Source: Escherichia phage vB_EcoS_MM01
Length of the DNA stretch: 43,157 bases
Reading direction: 5' to 3' (one strand)
Sequence record: MK373793.1
Below, one piece after another: positions 26,280 to 35,317 of this stretch (position 1 is its first letter; every line of letters starts with the position of its first letter). The notes beneath the pieces are model-generated. The model was not told where the DNA came from. It saw only the letters and a list, made by a program, of their open reading frames with translations, and made no database searches. Made by a program: the position numbers and the translations under genes.

Positions 26280-26501
26280 TCAACCTCCACAATCGTGGTC
26301 TTTGAAATTCCGGTCAGAGACGTACTGAAATGAGAATGGATATCCAGCCCTAAGTAAAAGCTCCTCACCGCGTTTCTGCGTACCAAAAATATAAACCGAG
26401 TAATTCATCCCGCCTGACTCATAAACAGCCGTACAAGTGCGTTCTGGCATCGTAGAGCACCCACCTAACACCATTGCCGCGATAACGATTAATTTTTTCA
26501 T
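26280..26501 (-). CDS. lipoprotein (superinfection-exclusion candidate)
   Basis: internal ATG of track ORF 26280..26555 gives MKKLIVIAAMVLGGC lipobox; AGGTGA RBS. Confidence 0.65.
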   Translation of the reverse strand: MKKLIVIAAMVLGGCSTMPERTCTAVYESGGMNYSVYIFGTQKRGEELLLRAGYPFSFQYVSDRNFKDHDCGG

Positions 26502-26511
26502 CTTATTCACC

Positions 26512-26616
26512 TTAGAACCCTTTAAAGTTGGAAGCCAGAAGAAGAACCCAAACAAAGAAACCAGTTACAGCAGCGCCGAAGGTGAAGGCCATTACGTTGG
26601 TTGCGAAGTTAGTCAT
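26512..26616 (-). CDS. small membrane peptide (34 aa)
   Basis: MTNFATNVMAFTFGAAVTGFFVWVLLLASNFKGF; preceded on minus strand by motif A/B unit. Confidence 0.4.
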   Translation of the reverse strand: MTNFATNVMAFTFGAAVTGFFVWVLLLASNFKGF

Positions 26617-26681
26617 TTTTGAATCCTTAGTAAGTATTTTTCGTTTCGATGGAGTAATAGTACCGCATCCTTGCGGATTGT

Positions 26682-26701
26682 CTTTAGCAATTCGTGCTAT
26701 T
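26682..26701 (-). repeat. junction motif A copy (aatagcacgaattgctaaag on minus strand)
   Basis: supplies stop codon of upstream methyltransferase-like ORF; motif B at 26641-26650. Confidence 0.6.
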
Positions 26702-27340
26702 CGCCAAGAATACAGCTCTTGCAAATCCACGAGGTGTAAGACTGCGAATTACCTTCGTCTTCTTGCTCTTGCCACCGAGTTTCTTATATTGGTCAGAGAA
26801 ACCATCATTAACATCAACAGGAAGCAACTCAGGCCACTTAAATCCATTACCAGACCAAATGCACGTCTTCTTAGGGTATGCGTCCCTTGACTTTATTAGG
26901 TCGCTAAAAAACGGGTGTAAATCATCTTCAGGCAAGTATCCACCAAACTCGTAAGGGTGGAATGTGTTATCAGGCTTTCGCCACAGAGATGACAGTACAC
27001 TGATTGGATTCTCAATCATATAAGGCACGCCGTACTTCTCAGCCAGGTTAAAAGCAACCTTGCAAGTTTCTGCCGCTTCAGTCTGGAAGTTTGGGTTAGC
27101 TTGGCGCTTACGTTCAAAATGCCTTGACCCACTCACAGCCAAATCAGTGCATGGTGGGAAAGCCAATATGAAATCAGGTTTCACATCAAAATCGAAGTTT
27201 GCATCAATCCATGCGTTAACGTACTTAATGTTATCGTGCTCAACCTTCGCATTCAAATCGCCGTAACTACCGTGGTCAGACTCGTCAAAGTTGAAGCAGT
27301 AACAAGTGTGACCAGCCTCAGCCCTAGTTAGCGCAGCAGA
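26684..27340 (-). pseudogene. cytosine-C5 DNA methyltransferase-like ORF, apparently 5'-truncated
   Basis: PDFILAFPPCTDLAVSG resembles C5-MTase motif IV (PC dipeptide) and MIENP the ENV motif, but no FxGxG motif I; frame open to 27340 with no ATG/GTG, only TTG at 27256. Confidence 0.45.
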
Positions 27341-27359
27341 CTATGACAAGGTTGTCGCA

Positions 27360-27866
27360 ATGCGCGAGGTTCTTTGCAACATTCCGGCTTATGATAGTAT
27401 TGTTAACAGCGAAACGGCTCAGAAGGAGTTATCAATCTTTGGTGAGATTCTCGGTGTTGGTGTAAAGATTCGAATTGACCACGTTGACGTTGTTGATGGA
27501 GTTGTTCATATCACAGATTATAAGACCACAGCAGACGCAAGCCCTGAAGGGTTCGGTAAATCAGCTTTCTCTCATGGATACTTGGCTAAAATGGCATTGC
27601 AGCGCGATCTGTTTGTAAAAGCATTTAACGAGAAGAGGAAGGTAGTCGTTGGTCTTATGGCACAAGAAAAAACTGAACCTTACTTACCCATGAAGTACAC
27701 GCTAACAGATGATCAGCTTCGTATTGGCAGATTGCAGTATCTTGAAGCCCTAGCTACATACAAGAAATGCAAGGAGCTTGATATATGGCCTGGTTACTCA
27801 AATGGGATTACAGAGCAAGAGCTAGTTATCCCTGATTGGGCAACTAAGCAGTATAAAGAAATTTAA
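27360..27866 (+). CDS. PD-(D/E)xK exonuclease (lambda Exo/YqaJ-like), possibly N-terminally truncated
   Basis: catalytic-core-like IDHVDVVDG...ITDYKT near N-terminus; frame opens only at 27312. Confidence 0.55.
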   Translation: MREVLCNIPAYDSIVNSETAQKELSIFGEILGVGVKIRIDHVDVVDGVVHITDYKTTADASPEGFGKSAFSHGYLAKMALQRDLFVKAFNEKRKVVVGLMAQEKTEPYLPMKYTLTDDQLRIGRLQYLEALATYKKCKELDIWPGYSNGITEQELVIPDWATKQYKEI

Positions 27867-27885
27867 ATAGCACGAATTGCTAAAA
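27866..27885 (+). repeat. junction motif A copy (aatagcacgaattgctaaaa)
   Basis: starts in the TAA stop of the exonuclease; motif-B variant catcaacaacgaacgagg precedes Erf ATG. Confidence 0.6.
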
Positions 27886-27939
27886 CAAAAAGGGATAGCT
27901 GAGGTATAGTTATCCCATCAACAACGAACGAGGTTAAAG

Positions 27940-28590
27940 ATGCAAATTTCAGAATCATGCAAGTCAATTTTAAATGCACTACACACTGCAAAAGCAATGT
28001 TTGCAAAGGCTGAGCGATCTAAGCAGAACTCGCACCTTAAAAACAAATACGCTACACTTGAAGACGTATTGGCGGCTGTCGAGCCTGGTTTAGATGAGTG
28101 TGGCTTGGTGATGTTCCAAAGCGTTCTTGATGATGAACAAACTAATCGCATGAAGGTTGAGACGAAGCTATTCCATGCAGAGTCAGGCGAATGGGTTAGC
28201 TTCTTAATGATTGTCCCAATCAGCAAGAATGACGCTCAAGGTTACGGCTCTGCGCTTACATATGCTCGACGTTACGGCATTACAGCGGCTTTAGGTCTTA
28301 GTCAGGCAGATGACGATGGTAATCTAGCTGCGAAGGGTGTTAAAGACTTTAAGCGCGAGCTTGAGAAGTGCAATACTCTTGATGAGCTTCGTGGCGTATG
28401 GAAAGAAGCCAAGCAATCACTTGATGCGGCTGGTTGGAAGGTTTTCGAGCCACACATTATCGAGCGCAAAGCAGAGATTGAAGCGAATGCAATGACGGGC
28501 TTTAACCCAGCAACACCTAAGAAAGTTGCAGAAAAAAGTAGTACTCAAGAAAAAGTTGAAGTAGAATCTCAACAAATCGACACATTTTAA
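27940..28590 (+). CDS. Erf-family single-strand annealing protein
   Basis: 216 aa; GSALTYARRYG-type segment; between exonuclease and SSB. Confidence 0.6.
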   Translation: MQISESCKSILNALHTAKAMFAKAERSKQNSHLKNKYATLEDVLAAVEPGLDECGLVMFQSVLDDEQTNRMKVETKLFHAESGEWVSFLMIVPISKNDAQGYGSALTYARRYGITAALGLSQADDDGNLAAKGVKDFKRELEKCNTLDELRGVWKEAKQSLDAAGWKVFEPHIIERKAEIEANAMTGFNPATPKKVAEKSSTQEKVEVESQQIDTF

Positions 28591-28630
28591 ATTAAACGGG
28601 GCTTCGGCCCCAATTAAAGAGAGATAAAAA

Positions 28631-29056
28631 ATGCACGTAATTACTGGTCAGATTCGCCGCGCTCCATTCACAAAAGAAGGTCAAAATGCAAATGGTAACT
28701 GGAAGATGTTTGCAATCGATCTCTCTGAAAGTTTTAAAAACAAAGACGGTCAGCGAGAGTACACATCATATCGCGCAGTTTTCTTTGCCAAAGAGTCAAT
28801 GTTAGATTGGTATAACGAGGCATTTCAGGAAGGTAAGATTGTTAGCGTTAGCGCAGAGAGCTTGTCTGTTGATGTTCGGGATAAAGATGGTAAGACTTAC
28901 GTGACTGTTAATATGAACAACCCTCGACTTGAGTTTAGTCAGCGTGGTGATTCACAACCGCAGCAAAATAATAGACAGCAGCAACAACAGAATCAACAAC
29001 AGCAAAGGCAACAACCACAGCAACAACAGCAATTTAATGACGATATACCATTCTAA
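28631..29056 (+). CDS. ssb: single-stranded DNA-binding protein
   Basis: Gln-rich linker and C-terminal acidic tip FNDDIPF, like bacterial SSB DDDIPF. Confidence 0.7.
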   Translation: MHVITGQIRRAPFTKEGQNANGNWKMFAIDLSESFKNKDGQREYTSYRAVFFAKESMLDWYNEAFQEGKIVSVSAESLSVDVRDKDGKTYVTVNMNNPRLEFSQRGDSQPQQNNRQQQQQNQQQQRQQPQQQQQFNDDIPF

Positions 29057-29059
29057 AGA

Positions 29060-29085
29060 TAAAGCCCCTTTCGGGGCTTTTTTTA
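29060..29085. terminator. bidirectional rho-independent terminator
   Basis: agcccc-tttc-ggggct hairpin with A run before and T run after, between convergent ssb and tail fibre genes. Confidence 0.6.
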
Positions 29086-30603
29086 TCACATATTTACACG
29101 AACGGAAACAAAAGAATCTTTTGGTATGTCTATTGGGTCACCATCACTATATCCATCAATCTTGTTTGATGCGAAAGCTGGAGAGACTTCATGAACTCTG
29201 TGGTATGTCTTTAATTTTATTGACCCGTCCTCATTAACAGAGTAATCAATCCATATTCTTGGTTGCTTGTTTATGTCAACTGGAACCTCAAAGCCTCCAT
29301 CAACACCACCCCAGGCGGCGTCGGAGTTAAGGCCTGTGCATCCAGATATCAAATAAACACCTTCAGAAATCCTCTCAACCTCACACCCCTCTGCTTCTGA
29401 GCTAATTTCAAAACTACCATCACCAAAAACCTTAACTATTGGTGAGGCTATCTTAATAAATCCATTTGAGTCGACCGTTGTATTTAAATCTCTTACGAAA
29501 AAATCCCTCCAGTCTGTTAGTCTAGCTGGATTATCGAATCTCTGCCTAAATCTGGGTGCGCCCTCTGTTATTGTTGAGAATCCAATTTGACTGTAATTAC
29601 CTGAAAGACCATTCTCTGCTATTGTCATTACCTCAGCGTAAGGGTATGGAGCGCCATTACCTCCCGGATAAGGTGATGAGTCTGAGGAGTAAAAACCAAT
29701 GCCACTCCTCATTGGCGTCGATCCATAAGCCACCGTTGCTGGATGCTTTGTATACATAGAGTTGATGTTATTTGATGCTTCAACATCTGTTGTAGCCCCA
29801 GTTCCACCACTGATTAAAGGTAAGGCAATTCTTTCTTGGGATGGATTGTAAAAGTAACCCCAGTCGGCCTCCCCAACGAAAAATTTATAATTACCACTAC
29901 CAGAGTCGACGTATGTTGTTTCCTGGCCCTGTTCAAACCTTGAAACTAAATTATTAACCTCTGCTTTTGAATAAACCTCAATATTTGTCCTTGCTAGTGG
30001 TTTGTCTAAGATATCCGATAAAGCCCTGTCAACTCTTAGGAGGTTTGATGCATTAACAGATGCCGCGCTATCAGCTGCCTCTGCTGCTGAAGCTGCTGCT
30101 GCATTACTGTCAGATAATGCACTTGCTGCGCTTGCAGCTGCTGCATCTTTATCGGCAGAAACAATAGCCCTATCAGCTGAAACCTGGGCAGCATCAGTAG
30201 CTACTTGCTGAAATTGAGCGTTTACTGTATTTATGCTTTGCTGAAATTCATCAGCATCAAAGTCATTAAAAGCATCTACAGCGGATGCAACTTCAGTTTC
30301 ACGTGACTGATAGTAACGAAGGGTTTCTGCAACATCCTGAGCCAAACCCTGAACAGTAATTCCATCGTGAGCAAGAATCGCGTAACCAGTGCCAGCCGGA
30401 ACAGTTTCAGAATTAGGGTTATAAACATTAATCTGCGTATCGCTGATAATCTCTGAGATGGTGTAAATTTTTACTGGTTCAGTTTTAAATACAATGGTGG
30501 CGCCTACGCGAATCAGTGTAAGAGGCGCCTTCCATGATGTCCCTACGCCAGTAACCTCGCCATTTGCAGCTAGTGAAGCTGTTCCTAAGTCATAAATTGC
30601 CAT
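29086..30603 (-). CDS. tail fibre protein (putative)
   Basis: 505 aa; Ala/Ser-rich central segment and Gly/Ser-rich C-terminal domain; assignment by composition. Confidence 0.45.
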   Translation of the reverse strand: MAIYDLGTASLAANGEVTGVGTSWKAPLTLIRVGATIVFKTEPVKIYTISEIISDTQINVYNPNSETVPAGTGYAILAHDGITVQGLAQDVAETLRYYQSRETEVASAVDAFNDFDADEFQQSINTVNAQFQQVATDAAQVSADRAIVSADKDAAAASAASALSDSNAAAASAAEAADSAASVNASNLLRVDRALSDILDKPLARTNIEVYSKAEVNNLVSRFEQGQETTYVDSGSGNYKFFVGEADWGYFYNPSQERIALPLISGGTGATTDVEASNNINSMYTKHPATVAYGSTPMRSGIGFYSSDSSPYPGGNGAPYPYAEVMTIAENGLSGNYSQIGFSTITEGAPRFRQRFDNPARLTDWRDFFVRDLNTTVDSNGFIKIASPIVKVFGDGSFEISSEAEGCEVERISEGVYLISGCTGLNSDAAWGGVDGGFEVPVDINKQPRIWIDYSVNEDGSIKLKTYHRVHEVSPAFASNKIDGYSDGDPIDIPKDSFVSVRVNM

Positions 30604-30625
30604 TATGTAAAGCCCTCATTTTTAA

Positions 30626-30644
30626 AATAGCACATTTTGTTAAG
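30626..30644 (+). repeat. junction motif A copy, orphan (aatagcacattttgttaag)
   Basis: plus-oriented between two minus-strand genes; no motif B or plus-strand gene downstream. Confidence 0.5.
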
Positions 30645-30667
30645 TTGCATTGTATCATCTTTCAGGT

Positions 30668-30690
30668 ATAAAAAAACCTCCCGAAGGAGG
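30668..30690 (-). terminator. rho-independent terminator of minus-strand replication operon
   Basis: cctcc-cgaa-ggagg hairpin; A7 on plus strand equals T7 on minus. Confidence 0.6.
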
Positions 30691-31620
30691 TTAGCTATTC
30701 AATAAATCACTTGCCTTATATATCCGCTTCCTTACCCCTGACTTGAATGAGTGCTCATCATTAGGGATTACCACATCAATATTACGATCATCAGCAACGG
30801 CGAGTAAATCGAGAGAATGACGAGCGCATGCAATACGTAACTTGGAGTCTTTGAGCGCGTAAGCAACCATTTCCATGTTGTAACTGGAGTGGCAAACAAG
30901 TACACAGCGGTTCCCAGTAGCAATGTGAACGCGATAGCCGTCAATGAAATTATCGACAAGATAAGCGTACTCATCATCCTTAAAGGAACCAATAACAGCC
31001 ACAGACTGACGAGTATAATCTTTTGCAGCATAACTAACATCTCCTTCCTCATTGATAAACATTACATTACACATTTCTTCTGATATGCCGTCACTATAAG
31101 CCATAAAGCACGGGGCAGCATGAATTAATTCGCCGGACTTCGTCTTGCCAACATCAAACCCAAACTCGCTATAAATACCCTCGTATGTACTGAGTGGGGT
31201 TAACTCTACTCTTTCTGTCCTTTCCATTATCTCTAAGCATCTTTCATGGTCAATCTGGGCGCCCATTTTGTATGGTGATGTCCTTGATGCTCTTTTGTTT
31301 GCTTTTGCAACAATCTCAACAGGAACCAGATTTAACCAGTCACCAAGCGTATCTATTGTTTCGCTATAACTCATTCCTGAGCACTTCATGACCCAACCAA
31401 CACCAGAATCATTGCCGCACTGGTTGCATATTGCTGCACCGTTGCCTTTTTCCTGACCTAGCTCATCCGTGAATCGAAACCTATCACGACCTCCGCAGTT
31501 TGGGCATGGACCATGCTTCTTGCTAAGATTTTCTCTGGTCCATCCTAAATGAGACAGGTATAACTCACCCCACATCCCTTTCATTTTAGCTATCACTTCA
31601 TTTTTATCATGATGATTCAT
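30691..31620 (-). CDS. DNA primase (zinc-ribbon + TOPRIM-like, putative)
   Basis: CPNCGG...C..C zinc-binding cluster near N-terminus; ATG 31620 with GGAGG RBS inside track ORF. Confidence 0.5.
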   Translation of the reverse strand: MNHHDKNEVIAKMKGMWGELYLSHLGWTRENLSKKHGPCPNCGGRDRFRFTDELGQEKGNGAAICNQCGNDSGVGWVMKCSGMSYSETIDTLGDWLNLVPVEIVAKANKRASRTSPYKMGAQIDHERCLEIMERTERVELTPLSTYEGIYSEFGFDVGKTKSGELIHAAPCFMAYSDGISEEMCNVMFINEEGDVSYAAKDYTRQSVAVIGSFKDDEYAYLVDNFIDGYRVHIATGNRCVLVCHSSYNMEMVAYALKDSKLRIACARHSLDLLAVADDRNIDVVIPNDEHSFKSGVRKRIYKASDLLNS

Positions 31621-31675
31621 ATACACCTCCATAAACAATAAAGGCACTATACATAATGCACAGTGCCATTGCTTA

Positions 31676-32182
31676 TCAAATCGTGCTGTTTTGCTCTGAC
31701 TCTCTCTTTTTCTTATTCTCTTCCTTAATCTTGCGCCATGATCTAGCAGGTGGTTTTTTTGCTAAATCCTCCTTCTTAACAACTCTAAGCATTTCTCGAC
31801 GGTCGCAACGCAATGTTAGTGGCTTACCGTTGCTATCAAATCGCAGATCAGGACGAATGAAGCTAGCTCTATATCCTTCGCCTGTACGCTTGTACTTTCC
31901 GTGCAGCTTCTGCGCGCCTTTCGCTGAGATCATTCCGCGCTTACACCACTCAGAAACTACTGCATGAGTCACATTGGCGGCTTTTGCTAGCTTCGATTTA
32001 CCGCCGTAGAAGTTAAGAACTATCTCAAGCCTTGCGCGTAAACTTGCTCGCACTTCATCCTTCAAAGTGTAGTAGCCATAAGGTCGACTACGTTCTTTCT
32101 TATCTTCGCCTCGCTGGGTTCCGTTATTTCCATTTAATGTACGCTTGTCCACTTCACCAGTTGATTCCGCGATTCTCGTCAT
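31676..32182 (-). CDS. HTH DNA-binding protein (Cro/YdaS-like, putative regulator)
   Basis: GGKSKLAKAANVTHAVVSEWCKRGMIS helix-turn-helix-like segment; basic termini. Confidence 0.45.
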   Translation of the reverse strand: MTRIAESTGEVDKRTLNGNNGTQRGEDKKERSRPYGYYTLKDEVRASLRARLEIVLNFYGGKSKLAKAANVTHAVVSEWCKRGMISAKGAQKLHGKYKRTGEGYRASFIRPDLRFDSNGKPLTLRCDRREMLRVVKKEDLAKKPPARSWRKIKEENKKKRESEQNSTI

Positions 32183-32193
32183 TATTAATCTCC

Positions 32194-32213
32194 AATAGCA
32201 CTTTTTGTTAAAA
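32194..32213 (+). repeat. junction motif A copy (aatagcactttttgttaaaa)
   Basis: in divergent intergenic region 12 nt from HTH gene start and about 70 nt upstream of helicase ATG. Confidence 0.6.
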
Positions 32214-32282
32214 GTCGTTTTGATTTAGTGTTAGTATTGTACCCAACAAAACGCTACAACACAAATTAATAGGGCTTAACAA

Positions 32283-34277
32283 ATGCTTCCCGTAGAAAAA
32301 CTTGTTGCTAACTTTGATAAGAATCGACTTGCAGAGATTAAGCGTGACTACTCATTTGGTGAGATAACTCCTTACGATTTTCAATGCGTGACATTTGATG
32401 CAATTGGCAAAGCAATTGGAAAGTACGAGGCGCCATTTATAGCTGACCTTTCCGTTTCTGCCGGTAAAACAATAATTCTAGCTATGATTGGTAAGCGAAT
32501 GGAGCAGCTTGGTCTTCCTTACATGGTCCTGTCTCGCCAGTCAGAAATAGTTTCGCAAGATAGCGAAGAGCTTCGCAATTTCGGTATCCGTAATAGCGTC
32601 TATTGCGCTGGCCTTAACGTTAAATCTGTTTACTACCCAACGATAGTGGCAAGTGAAGGAACCGCAGCCAATGGCTTGTTTAAGGGTCTTGGTGACTATG
32701 TTCCGGCAGTTATCGCCATAGATGAATGTCACATGGTGGATCATATGGATATAGTTGAGGCAGAAGAGAACGAAGAAACGTTTGAGCAAATGAGCACCGC
32801 AAAAGGTGAAATGGTTTCCAAAGATGGTGAATACACGGGGTTAACTGGTACAGGCCGCTCACAGTACACATTAATCATAACTGAGATGAAAAGGCGTTGC
32901 CGTGAGAAATACAAGCGCGAACTACGTATCTTTGGACTTACTGGTAGCCCATACCGTGATAACAATCATATCGTGGTAAGTAATCCTAATATTCGAGGAT
33001 TTTGGCGCAAGACGGTTATGCAAGTGCCAACCAATTACCTTGTTGACTTGGGGTTTGTTGTCCCAACAGTTTACGGAGAGGTTGGTGATTTGGGTTATGA
33101 CCTTGCTGAGTTTACACCAGATGGCTCTGATGGGGTTAAAGACTTCACAAAGAAAGACTTGAATGCAATGGAGGAGAAGATTCACCAAAGCCAATCTATG
33201 ACACAAAAGATTATGCAGTTTGCAGCTAAGTTCATGGAGACAAGGAACGCAGCACTTGTTACTTGTTCTGGCAAGCGTCATTGCGAAGAGGCGGCGGCTG
33301 CCCTTCCTGAAGGTGTAACCTGGGCTATAGTAACAGACTCCACAGGAGAGAAAAAACGCCGTGAGATTCTAGCTGATGCATCTGAGGGTAAGTATAAATT
33401 CATTTTCCAGATTGGATGCCTCACAACCGGCGTAAATGTCCCGCCGTGGGATACGTCAATAATTCTTAGGAAGGTTGGCAGCATCACATTGCTTATTCAG
33501 CTTCTGGGTCGTGGTATGCGCATTCTTAAGAAGAAGCATAAAGAAATGGGTATGGTTAAAGATGACCACGTGGTATTAGACTTCGCTGGCACTCTCGATG
33601 ACATGGCAGAATTATACTTTGACCCAATCATAGAAGAGGTTCAGGACCAGAAATTCAAGTCTTCTCGTAAGGGTGGGGAAGAGCCAAGAGTATGCCCAGC
33701 TTGCAGCTATGAGAACTCACCATTTGCTCGTAGATGTAATAATGTTATAGATGGAAAAAGATGTGAGCACTTCTTTCAGTTCCGCACTTGTGATGACATT
33801 GAGGATCCTCAGACAAAGGTTATATTAAAGAAAGGATGCGGTGAGAAAAACGACATTGCTGCTAAAAACTGTAGATGCTGTGGCGAGATGTTGATTGACC
33901 CAAACGCCAAACTTTCAGGAAAGATGTATCGTCAAGGGGATTGGTTGCGAGTTTACAGATTTAGCATTGGTCTAACTAAAAACCAAACTGGCATAGTCGC
34001 CCGTTATGAAATCATGGCGCACAGTGGTCAGAGGTTCATTGCATATGAAACATTCTTCCCAGAGAGTGACCATCGCGTTTGCTCTGTTAAGTGGAAGGCA
34101 TTTTGTCAGACTCACATACAGAACAAAGCAGAGGCATTTAGAATTGGCCGCTTGCGTAATGCGAAAATGATCATGACCAACGCCAGCCAGTTCCGTGAGC
34201 CAATGCGAGTGACACACAGAAAAAACCAAAAAGGTCAGGACATCATAGCCAATAAATCTTTTACTATGGAGGATTGA
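32283..34277 (+). CDS. SF2 DNA helicase (DEAH/DECH box)
   Basis: Walker A SAGKT, motif II IAIDECHMV, C-terminal Cys-rich zinc-finger-like cluster. Confidence 0.7.
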   Translation: MLPVEKLVANFDKNRLAEIKRDYSFGEITPYDFQCVTFDAIGKAIGKYEAPFIADLSVSAGKTIILAMIGKRMEQLGLPYMVLSRQSEIVSQDSEELRNFGIRNSVYCAGLNVKSVYYPTIVASEGTAANGLFKGLGDYVPAVIAIDECHMVDHMDIVEAEENEETFEQMSTAKGEMVSKDGEYTGLTGTGRSQYTLIITEMKRRCREKYKRELRIFGLTGSPYRDNNHIVVSNPNIRGFWRKTVMQVPTNYLVDLGFVVPTVYGEVGDLGYDLAEFTPDGSDGVKDFTKKDLNAMEEKIHQSQSMTQKIMQFAAKFMETRNAALVTCSGKRHCEEAAAALPEGVTWAIVTDSTGEKKRREILADASEGKYKFIFQIGCLTTGVNVPPWDTSIILRKVGSITLLIQLLGRGMRILKKKHKEMGMVKDDHVVLDFAGTLDDMAELYFDPIIEEVQDQKFKSSRKGGEEPRVCPACSYENSPFARRCNNVIDGKRCEHFFQFRTCDDIEDPQTKVILKKGCGEKNDIAAKNCRCCGEMLIDPNAKLSGKMYRQGDWLRVYRFSIGLTKNQTGIVARYEIMAHSGQRFIAYETFFPESDHRVCSVKWKAFCQTHIQNKAEAFRIGRLRNAKMIMTNASQFREPMRVTHRKNQKGQDIIANKSFTMED

Positions 34278-34278
34278 A

Positions 34279-34698
34279 GTGAAGATTACAGATAAAGAAG
34301 ATTACATTGAGTTTTACCCAGGCGCTGTAAAGTCATGCCCAAAGGAGGATGACGAACAGATCTTTTGCTCTGATTGGGTTAAGTATCATTATCCGCAGAT
34401 TGTTTACTGGCATACAGTTAATGAAGGTATGAAATCAATTGGGTCAGCAAGGAAGGATGCAGCCAAGGGTTTGCTTAAGGGTGTATCAGATTGCTTATTC
34501 CTGATACCCGAATCGCTGCGTGGCAAGTACCCTTTCGGAGCTATAGAGTTAAAGAGAGCTGGCAAGACCCAGGCTAGTCCAGTCAGCGATGAACAAAGGT
34601 CTTTCCTTAAAAGCGTAAGAGAATCAGGCGGCTTCGCAGGTGTCGCATACGGGCGCGAAGGTTTTCTTGCAGCATTCAAAGAAATGATTTCAAAATAG
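34279..34698 (+). CDS. VRR-NUC domain nuclease (putative)
   Basis: 139 aa; PD-(D/E)xK-like DCLFL...GAIELK; GTG start coupled to helicase stop. Confidence 0.5.
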   Translation: MKITDKEDYIEFYPGAVKSCPKEDDEQIFCSDWVKYHYPQIVYWHTVNEGMKSIGSARKDAAKGLLKGVSDCLFLIPESLRGKYPFGAIELKRAGKTQASPVSDEQRSFLKSVRESGGFAGVAYGREGFLAAFKEMISK

Positions 34699-34713
34699 CA
34701 CTAATTGCTAAAG
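34694..34713 (+). repeat. junction motif A copy (aatagcactaattgctaaag)
   Basis: TAG stop of VRR-NUC gene lies within motif; motif B at 34745-34754; ATG 34777. Confidence 0.6.
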
Positions 34714-34776
34714 ACGTTTCGATGGGTTGGTGTATTATCTATTCATCGAAACGAAACACACAAAGAGAGAAAGAAA

Positions 34777-34971
34777 ATGGCTACTATCTTTACTGGTAAA
34801 ATCTACGAATCACGCAAGACTGGTTACGAATATGAATTGGTAATCACTGAAGAAGGTTATGTTCTTGATGATGGTGATGGTTACGCATTCGAAGTTAGCC
34901 CTAGCTATAAAGATGATTTAGAAACTGTTAAAAACGCATTTGGCGAGAAATTTGATGAGGTATCAGAATAA
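34777..34971 (+). CDS. hypothetical protein (64 aa)
   Basis: internal ATG of track ORF 34705, placed by motif B and RBS. Confidence 0.45.
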   Translation: MATIFTGKIYESRKTGYEYELVITEEGYVLDDGDGYAFEVSPSYKDDLETVKNAFGEKFDEVSE

Positions 34972-35192
34972 TGGCAATTTTTACTTTTGAAAATCAATGG
35001 GAAGTGTTCAAGTTAATGGTAGTTCAGGAGTTAGATAGGTCTGGCTACAAAGGAGATATGTGGTATTTGGCTGAATGCCTTGATATGAGCTTTGAAGAGG
35101 ATTACCTGAACACGGATGTCGAAACATGGCGTGACCGTGTGGTTGCAGACATCGCAGAAATGAAAAAAGATTGCCCGGAGGATTTCGAATAA
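34971..35192 (+). CDS. hypothetical protein (73 aa)
   Basis: ORF track; coupled. Confidence 0.45.
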   Translation: MAIFTFENQWEVFKLMVVQELDRSGYKGDMWYLAECLDMSFEEDYLNTDVETWRDRVVADIAEMKKDCPEDFE

Positions 35193-35317
35193 TGAAAATT
35201 GTAGACAAAGAGATGTTCGAGATTGCACAGGTTTACGCAAGTGACGCTGTTAAGACTGGCTCAGAGTATTGCTGGATGTGTGCTAGAGAATACTTAAAAA
35301 TGGCTTACGGCCTATGA
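35192..35317 (+). CDS. hypothetical small protein (41 aa)
   Basis: read manually; TAATG overlap upstream, ATGA overlap downstream. Confidence 0.3.
   Translation: MKIVDKEMFEIAQVYASDAVKTGSEYCWMCAREYLKMAYGL

Noticed and set aside
26437-26954. Plus-strand ORFs 26437..26622, 26528..26890 and 26694..26954
   Set aside because: They are antisense to the better-supported minus-strand lipoprotein cassette and methyltransferase-like ORF, and have no RBS or junction element.
28968-29030. CAG/CAA-rich low-complexity stretch
   Set aside because: It encodes the Gln-rich flexible linker of SSB just before the DDIPF tip; a coding feature, not a regulatory repeat.
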